DNA of 60,152 bases, from NCBI GenBank assembly GCA_964652095.1, contig CAZZAC010000002.1:1-60152 (forward strand). The letters are read 5' to 3'. Position numbers and translations under genes: made by a program. Source of the DNA: an uncultured Dehalococcoidales bacterium. GTDB lineage: Bacteria; Chloroflexota; Dehalococcoidia; GIF9; AB-539-J10. Below are positions 28,375 through 37,897 of this stretch, piece after piece (positions within the stretch are counted from its first letter, which is position 1; each line of letters starts with the position of its first letter). The notes beneath the pieces are model-generated. The model saw nothing but the letters and a program-made list of their open reading frames with translations. It did no database searches and was not told where the DNA came from.

Positions 28375-31300
28375 ATGCCACAGAAGTTTGCCCACCTTCA
28401 CGTCCACACTGAGTATAGCTTGCTCGATGGCATGTGCCGCATCCCTCAGCTTATTGCCCGGACCAAAGAGTTGGGCATGGACAGCCTTGCTATCACTGAC
28501 CACGGCGCCATGTATGGCGTCATCGATTTTTATGTGGCGGCCAGGGAAGCAGGTATAAAACCAATCATTGGCTGCGAAGTCTATGTCGCCGAGACCGATT
28601 GCCATAGCCGGGAGCCAGCTCACAAAAACGCCTATCATCTTACTTTACTGGTCAAGAATGAAAAGGGCTACCGCAATTTGCTCCAACTGGTTACTAAAAG
28701 CCACCTTGAGGGATTTTACTATAAGCCCAGGGTAGATAAGGAGCTTCTCAAGCTTCATCATGACGGGCTTATTGCCCTTTCCGGGTGTGCTCATGGGGAA
28801 CTGGCTCGACTTATCCTCGAAGGGCGAAACGACGAGCTTGCCAGGGCAGCTTCATGGTACAAGGAAGTCTTCGGTGATTACTACCTGGAGATTCAAAGGC
28901 ATCCTATCCCTGAACTGGAGCAAATCAACCAGGAGCTTATTTCGCTGTCCACTAAACTCAATATACCCCCGGTAGCCACCTTTGATGTGCATTACGTTGA
29001 TAAAAAAGACGCCCCAGCCCATGAACTCCTTTTGTGTATACAGACGAATACCACTGTTTATGATGAAAAAAGGCTGAAGATGGCTGGCGATTTCTTCTAC
29101 CTGAAAAGCCCTGAAGAGGTGGAACAACTGTTTGCTGACTTACCTCAGGCTGTGGAGAATACTCAAGCCATTGCTGATATGTGTCAGCTGGAGCTGGATT
29201 TCACCAAGCTACATCTGCCGCAGGTGGAATTGCCCGAGGGCAGAAAAGCTGATGATTTCCTGGCTGAGCTCTGCTGGCAGGGCCTGGGAAAACGTTACCA
29301 GGAGCCCGGCTCAGAGGTCAAGGAACGGCTTAGCCACGAGCTTGATGTCATCCAGAAGACAAGGTTTGCCCATTACTTCCTCGTTGTTTGGGATATAATC
29401 TCCTTTACCAGAGAACGGGGCATCTATCTTGGTGTTCGGGGAAGTGCTGCTGCCAGCCTGGCTCTTTACTGTCTGGGCGTCACTGATGTAGACCCGCTAG
29501 CATATGGGCTTGTTTTCGAACGATTCCTTAATGTCGAGCGCCGCGAGCTCCCTGATATTGACCTTGATTTTCAGGACGACCGCCGTGATGAAGTCCTGGC
29601 CTACGTTAACCAGAAATATGGCTCCGACCACGTAGCTCAAATTATTACCTTTGGCACCATGGGAGCCAGAGCAGCGATAAGAGACACGGGGCGGGCTTTA
29701 GGCATGCCTTATGCTCAGGTTGATCGGGTAGCTCGACTCATTCCTCTGGAGCTGACCATAACCCTGGATAGGGCACTGGAACAGAGCAGGGAGCTTCATG
29801 ACATTTATCACCAGGATTCAGCAATACGTAACCTGATTGACTCAGCCAGGAAATTGGAGGGATTAGTCAGGCACGCCAGCACCCATGCCGCCGGTGTGGT
29901 TATAGCGCATGAGCCCTTAATCGAATATGTGCCACTACAACTGCTGGGAAAGGGTGAGCAGCGCACTGTCATGACTCAGTTCCACATGGGGAACATCGCC
30001 CGCCTGGGACTGTTAAAAATGGATTTCCTGGGACTATCTAATTTGACCATCCTGGCCAAAGTTAAAGAAATTATTGCCCAAAATCGTGGAATCTCCCTGG
30101 ATTTGCAGCATATTCCTCTCGACGATGCCAGGACCTTTGAGTTGCTTGCCTCGGGGGAAACTAAAGGCATCTTCCAACTGGAAAGCTCAGGGATGCGCCG
30201 CTATATCAAGGAGCTCAAGCCCACTAACTTTAGCGATATCGCGGCTATGGTGGCGCTCTATCGCCCTGGCCCCATGGAACAAATTCCCACTTTTATCAGG
30301 GCCAAGCAGGGTGTTGCCCCTATTCATTATCCCCATCCCATTCTAAAAGAGATTCTAGAAGAAACCTACGGAGTTATCGTTTATCAGGAGCAGGTAATAT
30401 TTATCGCCCAAGCTCTAGCCGGCTATAGCCTGGGTCAGGCTGACATTTTTCGTAAAGCTATGGGTAAAAAGATACCTGCGGTGATGAAGAAAGAGGAGCG
30501 CAATTTCATCGCCGGAGCTAAAAAAAATGGCATACCGCCGGAATTAGCTCAGGAGGTATTTTCCCTAATCGAGCCTTTCGCCGGTTACGCTTTCAACAAA
30601 GCCCACAGCGTTAGCTATGGCCTCATTGCTTACCGCACTGCCTATCTTAAGGCAAACTACCCCATTGAGTACATGGTGGCCTTGCTCGACACTTATTCGG
30701 ATAATATGGACAAGGTCCGTTCGGCGATTGCTGAATGCCGGAGGTTGGGCATCAAAGTGCTCCCACCGGACATTAGTAAGAGCCATGCTAGCTTCGCCAT
30801 TGAGAAGGATGATGAAAATAATCCCGCCATCCGCTTTGGACTGGCTTCTATTAAAAATGTCGGCTTTTCCCCAATTGAGCACATCTTGTCTGGTCGGGAC
30901 TCAGGGGGCGATTTTAAGTCCATAGAAGACTTCTGCTATCGAGCCGCCCTTCGTAACATCAATAAGAAAGTATTAGAAAGCTTGATTAAAGTTGGTGCCT
31001 TTGACTCCCTGGGCAGCCGTAAGGCGCTACTCGAGTCTCTGAATAAAATTATCTCCCTGGCTCAAACGAAACAAAGAGCAAAGGAATCGGGACAAGTTAG
31101 CATGTTTGATTTATGGGGTCAAAGCTCCCCCACCCCTCGTGTTGGTTACCCCCAAGTTGAGGAAGAGGTATCCGCCAAGCAAAAACTTATCTGGGAAAGA
31201 GAGCTGCTAGGGGTTTATTTCTCCCAGCCCCTTGACTTCCTCGCCAGGGAACCATCTTCAACAGGAGTTATTTCCTGCGGTGAAATCAATATGGACATGG

Positions 31301-31818
31301 TTGATGAAACGGTGACCGTTAGGGGAATGGTGGTCTCGGTACGCCAGGCCCACACCAAAGATAATCGCCCATTTGTTGTCTCCTCAATTGAAGACCTGGA
31401 TGCCAGTATTGAGGTCATCGCCTGGCCCAGGCTCTACGAGAGCACCCAGGGGCTATGGCAGGAGGGTAACATTCTCAGCATCAAGGGTGTGGTGAAGGTC
31501 AGGGATGGGGAAGTGCAATTAAACTGTCAGGAGGCGACGCTCCTCCCTGTGAGGCAAGAAGTGCTAAAGGAACCCCAGCGTCGCCATGTCATGATAGATG
31601 TCAACCAGTCGGACGATGCCGAAAAAGACATCGAATGCCTCCATAAAATTATGGATATCCTAAAGAGTTATCCCGGGCAAGACAGGGTTTCTCTGGCAGT
31701 TGTCAGCGATGGTGAAATAACTAATCTGGAGATGCCCAACATAACAATAAATTACTGTCCCGAATTAGCCAGAGAATTGAGCGCGATAGTAGGCGAAAGT
31801 AACTTCAGGCTTGAGTGA
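28375..31818 (+). CDS. dnaE: DNA polymerase III alpha subunit
   Basis: 1147 aa, with an N-terminal PHP domain (HLHVHTEYSLLDG) and polymerase core motifs. Confidence 0.95.
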   Translation: MPQKFAHLHVHTEYSLLDGMCRIPQLIARTKELGMDSLAITDHGAMYGVIDFYVAAREAGIKPIIGCEVYVAETDCHSREPAHKNAYHLTLLVKNEKGYRNLLQLVTKSHLEGFYYKPRVDKELLKLHHDGLIALSGCAHGELARLILEGRNDELARAASWYKEVFGDYYLEIQRHPIPELEQINQELISLSTKLNIPPVATFDVHYVDKKDAPAHELLLCIQTNTTVYDEKRLKMAGDFFYLKSPEEVEQLFADLPQAVENTQAIADMCQLELDFTKLHLPQVELPEGRKADDFLAELCWQGLGKRYQEPGSEVKERLSHELDVIQKTRFAHYFLVVWDIISFTRERGIYLGVRGSAAASLALYCLGVTDVDPLAYGLVFERFLNVERRELPDIDLDFQDDRRDEVLAYVNQKYGSDHVAQIITFGTMGARAAIRDTGRALGMPYAQVDRVARLIPLELTITLDRALEQSRELHDIYHQDSAIRNLIDSARKLEGLVRHASTHAAGVVIAHEPLIEYVPLQLLGKGEQRTVMTQFHMGNIARLGLLKMDFLGLSNLTILAKVKEIIAQNRGISLDLQHIPLDDARTFELLASGETKGIFQLESSGMRRYIKELKPTNFSDIAAMVALYRPGPMEQIPTFIRAKQGVAPIHYPHPILKEILEETYGVIVYQEQVIFIAQALAGYSLGQADIFRKAMGKKIPAVMKKEERNFIAGAKKNGIPPELAQEVFSLIEPFAGYAFNKAHSVSYGLIAYRTAYLKANYPIEYMVALLDTYSDNMDKVRSAIAECRRLGIKVLPPDISKSHASFAIEKDDENNPAIRFGLASIKNVGFSPIEHILSGRDSGGDFKSIEDFCYRAALRNINKKVLESLIKVGAFDSLGSRKALLESLNKIISLAQTKQRAKESGQVSMFDLWGQSSPTPRVGYPQVEEEVSAKQKLIWERELLGVYFSQPLDFLAREPSSTGVISCGEINMDMVDETVTVRGMVVSVRQAHTKDNRPFVVSSIEDLDASIEVIAWPRLYESTQGLWQEGNILSIKGVVKVRDGEVQLNCQEATLLPVRQEVLKEPQRRHVMIDVNQSDDAEKDIECLHKIMDILKSYPGQDRVSLAVVSDGEITNLEMPNITINYCPELARELSAIVGESNFRLE

Positions 31819-31860
31819 AAATGGGGGCAACTCTATTTTCCTCTACATGCCCCACCCCAG

Positions 31861-31899
31861 GATTGCTTCGGCTGACGAAGTCAGCCTCGCAATGACAGG
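31861..31899 (-). repeat. Family-2 small repeat (CATTGCGAGGAGC..GACGAAGCAATC type), reverse orientation
   Basis: gattgcttcggctgacgaagtcagcctcgcaatgacagg is the reverse complement of the motif at 31956-31990 and 35396-35432. It contains the nested hairpin GGCTGAC-gaa-GTCAGCC. Confidence 0.6.
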
Positions 31900-31955
31900 C
31901 GGAGTATCACTATGAGCACCTCACTTCTTTGTGTCATTTTGAGGCACCCTCTCTT

Positions 31956-31990
31956 CCTGTCATTGTGAGGAGCGTAGCCACGAAGCAATC
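31956..31990 (+). repeat. Family-2 small repeat, forward orientation
   Basis: cctgtcattgtgaggagcgtagccacgaagcaatc forms an inverted pair with 31861-31899, separated by a 56-nt spacer. Confidence 0.6.
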
Positions 31991-32047
31991 TGGAAAAGGA
32001 ATTGCCCGGGCTGTGAGGTCGCTGGAAATAGACGCTGCTCTCATTTC

Positions 32048-33265
32048 TTGCTATATTTGAGTTTTGTGTTTACCTTAATTCCTTCGGGCAGTGTTAGCTC
32101 AGCTTCGGGATTCCTGGCTGGGGCGGTGCATGCCGGAATAAAGAGCGAAGATGAGCTTGGTTTAGCTATTCTTTGCTCCGAAGTGCCCTGCACGGCTGCC
32201 GGCGTTTTTACTACCAGCCAGATTAAATCAGCTCCGGTTATTCTATCCCAGAAGCATATAGCAAAAAAGCGAGCGCAGGCTGTAGTGGTAAATTCCGGTT
32301 GTGCCAATGCCTGCGTGAGTGGGCAGGGATTGGCAGATGCCCTGGAAATGGCAAACCTAGCAGCAACCAAGCTAGGCATATCTCCCGAGGAAGTCCTTGT
32401 CGCCAGCACAGGGCTAATTGGAGTACCACTGCCTATGGATAAAATCAGGGCTGGAATTCCTGGGATAAAGCCAACCAGAGAAGGAGGTCACGACTTTTGC
32501 CGGGCAATAATGACCACGGATACCAGACCCAAAGAGCTGGCAGTCCAGGCGGATTCAAGAGGAACTGAGTTCACCATTGGTGGGGTGGCTAAAGGGATAG
32601 GCATGATTCACCCCAACCTGGCTACCATTCTTTGTTTTATCGCCACCGATGCTGTGGTGAGTGCTGATTTCCTGCAAGCAGCATTACAAAAGGCGGTGGA
32701 CTGCTCTTTCAACATGGTAAGTATTGATGGTGATACCAGCCCCAACGATTGTGCGTTCTTATTGGCCAACGGCTTAGCGGGTAACGAACCTATTGACTTC
32801 GATAATGGCGGCGATTTCCAGGAAGCCTTAAATGCAGTTTGCACTCATCTGGCTAAGTCCATGGCTCGGGATGGAGAGGGAGCCACAAAACTTATTGAAG
32901 TTATAGTAGAAGGGGCGGAAGACCAGGCTGGGGCTCGCCAGGCGGCTCGAACTATCGCTGGTTCACCGCTGGTGAAAGCAGCCATCCATGGCAACGACCC
33001 TAACTGGGGGCGTATCGTTGCTGCCCTCGGGCGAAGCGGGGCAAGGGTGAGAGAAGACAGATTGGATGTCTATTTGAATGACGTTTGTGTCATGAAGCAG
33101 GGTTGCCCCGCCCCTTTTAGCAAAGAAGAGATGAAATCGGCTTTGGGCAACAGCGATAATGTGCCCATAAGGCTATGCCTGAATTTAGGAGACGGTCAGG
33201 CCACCGCTTGGGGCTGCGACCTCTCCGAGGAATATGTTAGGATAAACAGCAGGTATACCACATAA
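32048..33265 (+). CDS. argJ: Bifunctional ornithine acetyltransferase / N-acetylglutamate synthase
   Basis: The ArgJ family pattern is present, including the autoprocessing region ATILCFIATDA. The start is uncertain: TTG 32048, TTG 32057 or GTG 32066. Confidence 0.85.
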   Translation: MLYLSFVFTLIPSGSVSSASGFLAGAVHAGIKSEDELGLAILCSEVPCTAAGVFTTSQIKSAPVILSQKHIAKKRAQAVVVNSGCANACVSGQGLADALEMANLAATKLGISPEEVLVASTGLIGVPLPMDKIRAGIPGIKPTREGGHDFCRAIMTTDTRPKELAVQADSRGTEFTIGGVAKGIGMIHPNLATILCFIATDAVVSADFLQAALQKAVDCSFNMVSIDGDTSPNDCAFLLANGLAGNEPIDFDNGGDFQEALNAVCTHLAKSMARDGEGATKLIEVIVEGAEDQAGARQAARTIAGSPLVKAAIHGNDPNWGRIVAALGRSGARVREDRLDVYLNDVCVMKQGCPAPFSKEEMKSALGNSDNVPIRLCLNLGDGQATAWGCDLSEEYVRINSRYTT

Positions 33266-34059
33266 TGCAAAAGGGAATAATCGTAGTCAAGATTGGCGGC
33301 AGCACCCTGGGCAACCACGATACTACCTTGGAAGACCTGGTGGAGCTTCAGAAACAGGGTAAGTCCCTGGTAGTGGTTCATGGCGGCGCCAAGGTGACTT
33401 CCGAGTGGCTGGCCCGGCTGGGCATTCCCACCAGCTTTGTAAACGGGTTGAGGGTCACCGATGCCGAGACCCTGAAGGTGGTGGCTGCGGCGTTGGGTGG
33501 GCTGGTCAATAAGGAACTGGTAGTGGCTATCCAGGCTCTGGGGGGAAAGGCGGTAAGCTTAAGTGGCTGCGACGGCAACTTGCTCTGGGCAAGCATCAAG
33601 AGCCCCGAGCTGGGCTATGCCGGTGAAGTTGTCGCTGTTGACCCCACTCCATTGAAGCTATTGCTGGATGCCGGCTATATGCCGGTGGTCTCGCCAGTAA
33701 GTTTCGGCTCCGTTGAAGGCCGGACGATGCTGCTCAATGTCAACGGGGATACTGCGGCCGGGGAAATTGCCGCGGCATTAGCTGCAGAAAAACTCGTATT
33801 CCTGACCGACGTCGATGGTATTCACGATGGGTCGGGGAAGGTGATCCCCAGGCTCAATCTGGCCGAGGCCAAGAATATGCTCGTCTCCAGAGTAGCTTCA
33901 GGGGGCATGGTCCCTAAAATAGAAGCCAGCCTTAGAGCCCTGACTACCACGCAGGTCGTGCGCATCATAGACGGTAAAATTTCCCATGCTTTACTCCATG
34001 AGATTACCGGACAGGCTCGGCAAACTAAATCAAGAGGTACAACAATTGTCCCGGAATAA
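33265..34059 (+). CDS. argB: Acetylglutamate kinase
   Basis: IVVKIGGS...VVVHGGG-type amino acid kinase fold. Its start abuts the argJ stop. Confidence 0.9.
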   Translation: MQKGIIVVKIGGSTLGNHDTTLEDLVELQKQGKSLVVVHGGAKVTSEWLARLGIPTSFVNGLRVTDAETLKVVAAALGGLVNKELVVAIQALGGKAVSLSGCDGNLLWASIKSPELGYAGEVVAVDPTPLKLLLDAGYMPVVSPVSFGSVEGRTMLLNVNGDTAAGEIAAALAAEKLVFLTDVDGIHDGSGKVIPRLNLAEAKNMLVSRVASGGMVPKIEASLRALTTTQVVRIIDGKISHALLHEITGQARQTKSRGTTIVPE

Positions 34060-35248
34060 CTGGCAAGAGCTGGAGCAGAAGCTATTTCTCAGAACGGTGA
34101 CTAGAGTTCCCGTGACCCTGGTTCGCGGTCAAGGAGCTTGGGCCTGGGATGACCAGGGCAGGGAATATCTCGACTTTGTCGGCGGCTGGGCAGTAAACAG
34201 CCTGGGGCATTGCCCTCCGGTGGTAGTCGAGGCCCTGGAAAAGCAAGCTAAAACCCTGATCCAGGCGTCCAACCAGTTTTATACCATCCCGCAGATAGAG
34301 CTAGCACAGCTTCTAATTGGGCATAGCTGTCTCGATAGGGTTTTCTTTTGCAACAGCGGTGCTGAGGCTAATGAAGGGGCAACAAAATTGGCTCGCCGAT
34401 ATGGAAAACTTCGACTTAACGGCGCTTACGAGGTCATTACTAGCCATAGTTCTTTTCATGGGCGAACTCTGGCTATGACGGCCGCCACTGGGCAAAGTAA
34501 GTTTCAGGAGCCCTACATACCTCTGCCTGAGGGCTTTGTCAATGTGAAATATAACAATGTCGAGGCGATCAAGCGGGCAATTGGTGGACAAACCTGTGCT
34601 GTAATACTGGAGCCAATCCAAGGAGAAGGCGGGGTGAACATACCTGACGATGACTACCTCAAAAAGGTGCAAAGCTGGTGTCGGGAAAAGGGAATCCTTT
34701 TTATTCTGGATGAAATCCAGACGGGCATCGGTCGAACGGGAACCCTCTTCGCCTATGAGCAGTATGGGGTCGAGCCAGACATAATGACTTTGGCTAAGGG
34801 ACTGGGCAGTGGTGTGCCCATTGGCGCTTTCTTAGCCAAAGAAAATGTCTCCCTTTTTTCTCCCGGCGAGCATGGCTCTACCTTTGGTGGCAACCCTCTG
34901 GTTTGTGCCGCCGCTCATGCCGCCCTGAAATACATCATTGCTAACGACATACCGGGAAAGGTTAAGCGAGTAGGGGATTATTTTATGACCAGGCTGGAAA
35001 GCCTGAAGCAGCAGTTTGATTTTATCACTGAGCTAAGAGGCCGGGGACTCCTCATAGCTTTGGAATTTAACCAGGAAATTGCCGAGAGGTTGGTACTGGC
35101 TTGTATTGATAGAGGCTTGCTGGTCAACAAATTGAAGCCGAATGCTCTGCGCTTTATGCCTCCCCTTATCATCACCGAAAAGGAAGTGGACAAGGCGATA
35201 GGCATTTTAGGGGATGTGCTGGGGGAAATAAGAACTGCGAAATCCTAA
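34046..35248 (+). CDS. argD: Acetylornithine aminotransferase
   Basis: Class III aminotransferase (LDEIQTGIGRTG, TLAKGLG). TTG 34046 has AGAGG 8 nt upstream. The longest ORF begins at ATG 33986. Confidence 0.85.
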   Translation: MSRNNWQELEQKLFLRTVTRVPVTLVRGQGAWAWDDQGREYLDFVGGWAVNSLGHCPPVVVEALEKQAKTLIQASNQFYTIPQIELAQLLIGHSCLDRVFFCNSGAEANEGATKLARRYGKLRLNGAYEVITSHSSFHGRTLAMTAATGQSKFQEPYIPLPEGFVNVKYNNVEAIKRAIGGQTCAVILEPIQGEGGVNIPDDDYLKKVQSWCREKGILFILDEIQTGIGRTGTLFAYEQYGVEPDIMTLAKGLGSGVPIGAFLAKENVSLFSPGEHGSTFGGNPLVCAAAHAALKYIIANDIPGKVKRVGDYFMTRLESLKQQFDFITELRGRGLLIALEFNQEIAERLVLACIDRGLLVNKLKPNALRFMPPLIITEKEVDKAIGILGDVLGEIRTAKS

Positions 35249-35482
35249 ACACTAAATACGGAATGCTAAACAATACCAAAATCCAAAATCCCAATGAACA
35301 AAACATGAAGACTTGGAACAATTTCATTGTCAGGTGCCTCTCTCCCCATCATTGCCAGGCGCCTTTTCTTCCTGTCGTTGCCAATCGCCTCCCTTCTTGT
35401 CATTGCGAGGAGCCGAAGGCGACGAAGCAATCTCGAAGGTTTTGAATTTAGGACATTTGAAATTTGAATTTGTTTAGGATTT
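35240..35482. repeat. MITE-like insert bounded by a 12-bp perfect inverted repeat, carrying a family-2 repeat
   Basis: AAATCCTAAACA (35240-35251, includes the argD stop) pairs with TGTTTAGGATTT (35471-35482). The interior is low-complexity and holds degenerate tcattg(c/t)(c/g)agg units. It fills the argD-argG spacer. Confidence 0.4.
35396..35432 (+). repeat. Family-2 small repeat, forward orientation
   Basis: cttgtcattgcgaggagccgaaggcgacgaagcaatc. Confidence 0.6.
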
Positions 35483-35506
35483 AAGACTTCTCCAGAGGAG
35501 GTAGAA

Positions 35507-36709
35507 ATGTCAGACAAGGTAGTATTGGCCTACAGCGGCGGTTTGGATACATCCGTGGCGGTAAAATGGCTTGAGGAAAAATATAACTCAAAGGTCATCA
35601 CTCTCACCGTGGATATCGGCAATGTCCCCGATCTCGAGGCTATCAGGCAAAAAGCACTCAAAGTCGGAGCCGTAAAAGCACTGGTAGTCGACGCCAAAGA
35701 AACCTTTATTAAGTCCTATGTTTTCCCGGCCCTTCAAGCCAATGCCGTTTATGAGGGGCAGTATCCCTTAGCCACAGCTCTGGGGCGTCCTCTCATCGCC
35801 CGGCTCCTGGTGGAAACAGCTAAGAAGGAAAGGGCAAGGGTGGTCGCTCACGGCTGCACCGGCAAGGGCAATGACCAGGTGAGGATTGATGTAAGCGTAG
35901 CCGCTCTAGCCCCCGAGCTAAAGGTAATAGCTCCAGCTCGGGCATGGAATATGACCCGGGAGCAAACAATTGAATATGCCCAGGCCCACAATATTCCTGT
36001 CCCTATCACCAGGGCCAGCCCGTATTCCATCGACGAGAACCTGTGGGGCAGGAGCATTGAATGCGGCGTGCTGGAACACGCCTGGAACGAACCACCCGAG
36101 GATGTCTTCCTGTGGACAAAGTCGCCTGAAAAAACACCGGCTCGGCCTGCTTATCTGGAGATTGGCTTTGACAAAGGGATACCGGTAAGCCTTGATGGCC
36201 AAGAGTTAGAGCCTGTTACGCTTGTCCAGAAGGTTCATAACCTGGCTGGCCAGCATGGCATAGGCCGGATTGACCACATCGAAAATAGACTGGTGGGCAT
36301 AAAATCGAGGGAAGTTTATGAGGCGCCGGCTGCCGTGGTCCTGCTGAAAGCTCACCAGGCCCTGGAGGACCTGGTGCTGGCCAAGGAGCAGCTCCGCTTC
36401 AAGGCCAGGGTGGCCGCTGAGTATGCCGACCTCACCTACAATGGGCTGTGGTTTACAGGTATGCGTCGGGACTTAGCCGCCTATGTGGAAAGCACACAGA
36501 GATACGTCACCGGCACAATAAGGGTAAAGCTCTTCAAAGGTAACTGCCAGATAGTGGGTAGAAAATCGCCCTACTCCCTTTATGACTACAGCCTGGCTAC
36601 TTACGACAAGGGCGATGCCTTTGACCAGAGTGCCTCCCCCGGTTTCATCCATATCTGGGGCCTGCCGGCGAGAACTCAGGCCAAGGTGCAGCCAGAACCA
36701 CCCAAGTGA
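35507..36709 (+). CDS. argG: Argininosuccinate synthase
   Basis: AYSGGLDTS and GCTGKGNDQVR motifs. RBS GGAGG precedes the ATG. Confidence 0.95.
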   Translation: MSDKVVLAYSGGLDTSVAVKWLEEKYNSKVITLTVDIGNVPDLEAIRQKALKVGAVKALVVDAKETFIKSYVFPALQANAVYEGQYPLATALGRPLIARLLVETAKKERARVVAHGCTGKGNDQVRIDVSVAALAPELKVIAPARAWNMTREQTIEYAQAHNIPVPITRASPYSIDENLWGRSIECGVLEHAWNEPPEDVFLWTKSPEKTPARPAYLEIGFDKGIPVSLDGQELEPVTLVQKVHNLAGQHGIGRIDHIENRLVGIKSREVYEAPAAVVLLKAHQALEDLVLAKEQLRFKARVAAEYADLTYNGLWFTGMRRDLAAYVESTQRYVTGTIRVKLFKGNCQIVGRKSPYSLYDYSLATYDKGDAFDQSASPGFIHIWGLPARTQAKVQPEPPK

Positions 36710-36710
36710 T

Positions 36711-36774
36711 GGTATCCCGAGGACATAATGCCTAATTTGTAGTAGGCCTGATTGGTATGGTATCCCTGGAATTC
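36711..36774 (+). repeat. 64-nt hairpin repeat (family 1), copy A
   Basis: ggtatcccgaggacataatgcctaatttgtagtaggcctgattggtatggtatccctggaattc. It begins 2 nt after the argG stop. Confidence 0.9.
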
Positions 36775-36880
36775 TCACATGCCGGGGATTGTGCAACTGC
36801 GATTTGGTACATCACACCATCCACTCTGCTGTTCAATGCCTAGAGACATGTGCAATAGCATACTAATAGGGGCAGAAGTC

Positions 36881-37579
36881 CTAACCTTTAGCGAGTGCCA
36901 GATTGACCGCTGCTTCCGCATGGAGCCGAGTAGTATCAAATATCGGAGCATGTATCTCACTGGGCCGGACAAGCAAGGAGAGTTCAGTGCATCCGAGCAC
37001 AATACCCTCGGCACCCTTATTAACCAATTTGCTAATAATATCGGCACAAACACGGCGGGAGAATGCCTTAATCTTGCCCTCACAGAGTTCATCGAAGATA
37101 ATTTGATGGATAGTATCCATATCATCTTCCCCAGGCACAAGCACCTCGATAGCGAAGCTGTCTCGAAGCCGCCCCTGATAGAAAGGCCCTTCCATTACAA
37201 ACCGTGTCCCCAGCAGGCCTATTCGGTGCAGCCCCCGTTCCCTGACGGCATCGCCAGTTACATCAACAATGTGAAGCAGCGGCAGGCCAACTTTCTCCTC
37301 TACGTCATCAGCAACTTTGTGCATGGTGTTTGTGCAAATAACCAAGAAGTCGGCACCAGCCCGCTTAACAGCATTACCTGCACCGATAAGAATACTGGCT
37401 GTGTCATCCCAGCGGCCTTCGCGTTGAGCTCTTATAATCTCATCAAAATCTAAGTTATAAAGAACCAAGCGGGCTGAGTGAAGACCGCTCAGCCTCTGGG
37501 CAACTGACTCATTGATGATTCGATAGTACTCCAATGTAGAATTCCAGCTCATGCCTCCTATTAGTCCAATAACTTTCAT
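36881..37579 (-). CDS. Aspartate/glutamate racemase family protein
   Basis: MKVIGLIGGMSWNSTLEYYRIIN and the second catalytic region GCTEL are present. Confidence 0.8.
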   Translation of the reverse strand: MKVIGLIGGMSWNSTLEYYRIINESVAQRLSGLHSARLVLYNLDFDEIIRAQREGRWDDTASILIGAGNAVKRAGADFLVICTNTMHKVADDVEEKVGLPLLHIVDVTGDAVRERGLHRIGLLGTRFVMEGPFYQGRLRDSFAIEVLVPGEDDMDTIHQIIFDELCEGKIKAFSRRVCADIISKLVNKGAEGIVLGCTELSLLVRPSEIHAPIFDTTRLHAEAAVNLALAKG

Positions 37580-37897
37580 AAGTCTCCTCTCTATATGTCT
37601 CAGCTCTGGTTATCAACCAGGACCCTATGAAATCTAATATGTCTCGGGCTCGGTTTAGCCATGAATATAACATACTTTGACACAGCCCGTACTCTCTTGA
37701 CTCTAGCTGAGCAAATTAAGTAAGCACAAATACGAATTGTGTGTGGATGACTTGCAGTGCTCCCAAGGGCAAGAGTAAAATGACCCAGAAACAGCAGAGC
37801 CTTGGGAAGTCTCCATAACCTCACATGACTTTTGATCGTATCATTTTCTTGTGTCGAATAGTCACGGCCTGCATAGCTATGGTTAGCCTCAAGGATA

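Noticed and set aside
36752-37453. A 233-aa + strand ORF overlapping the racemase gene. Other large internal or antisense ORFs were also considered (39990-40319, 43447-43854, 45163-45768, 27701-28288).
   Set aside because: Each overlaps a CDS with clear family motifs on the other strand or in another frame. None has a recognisable domain.
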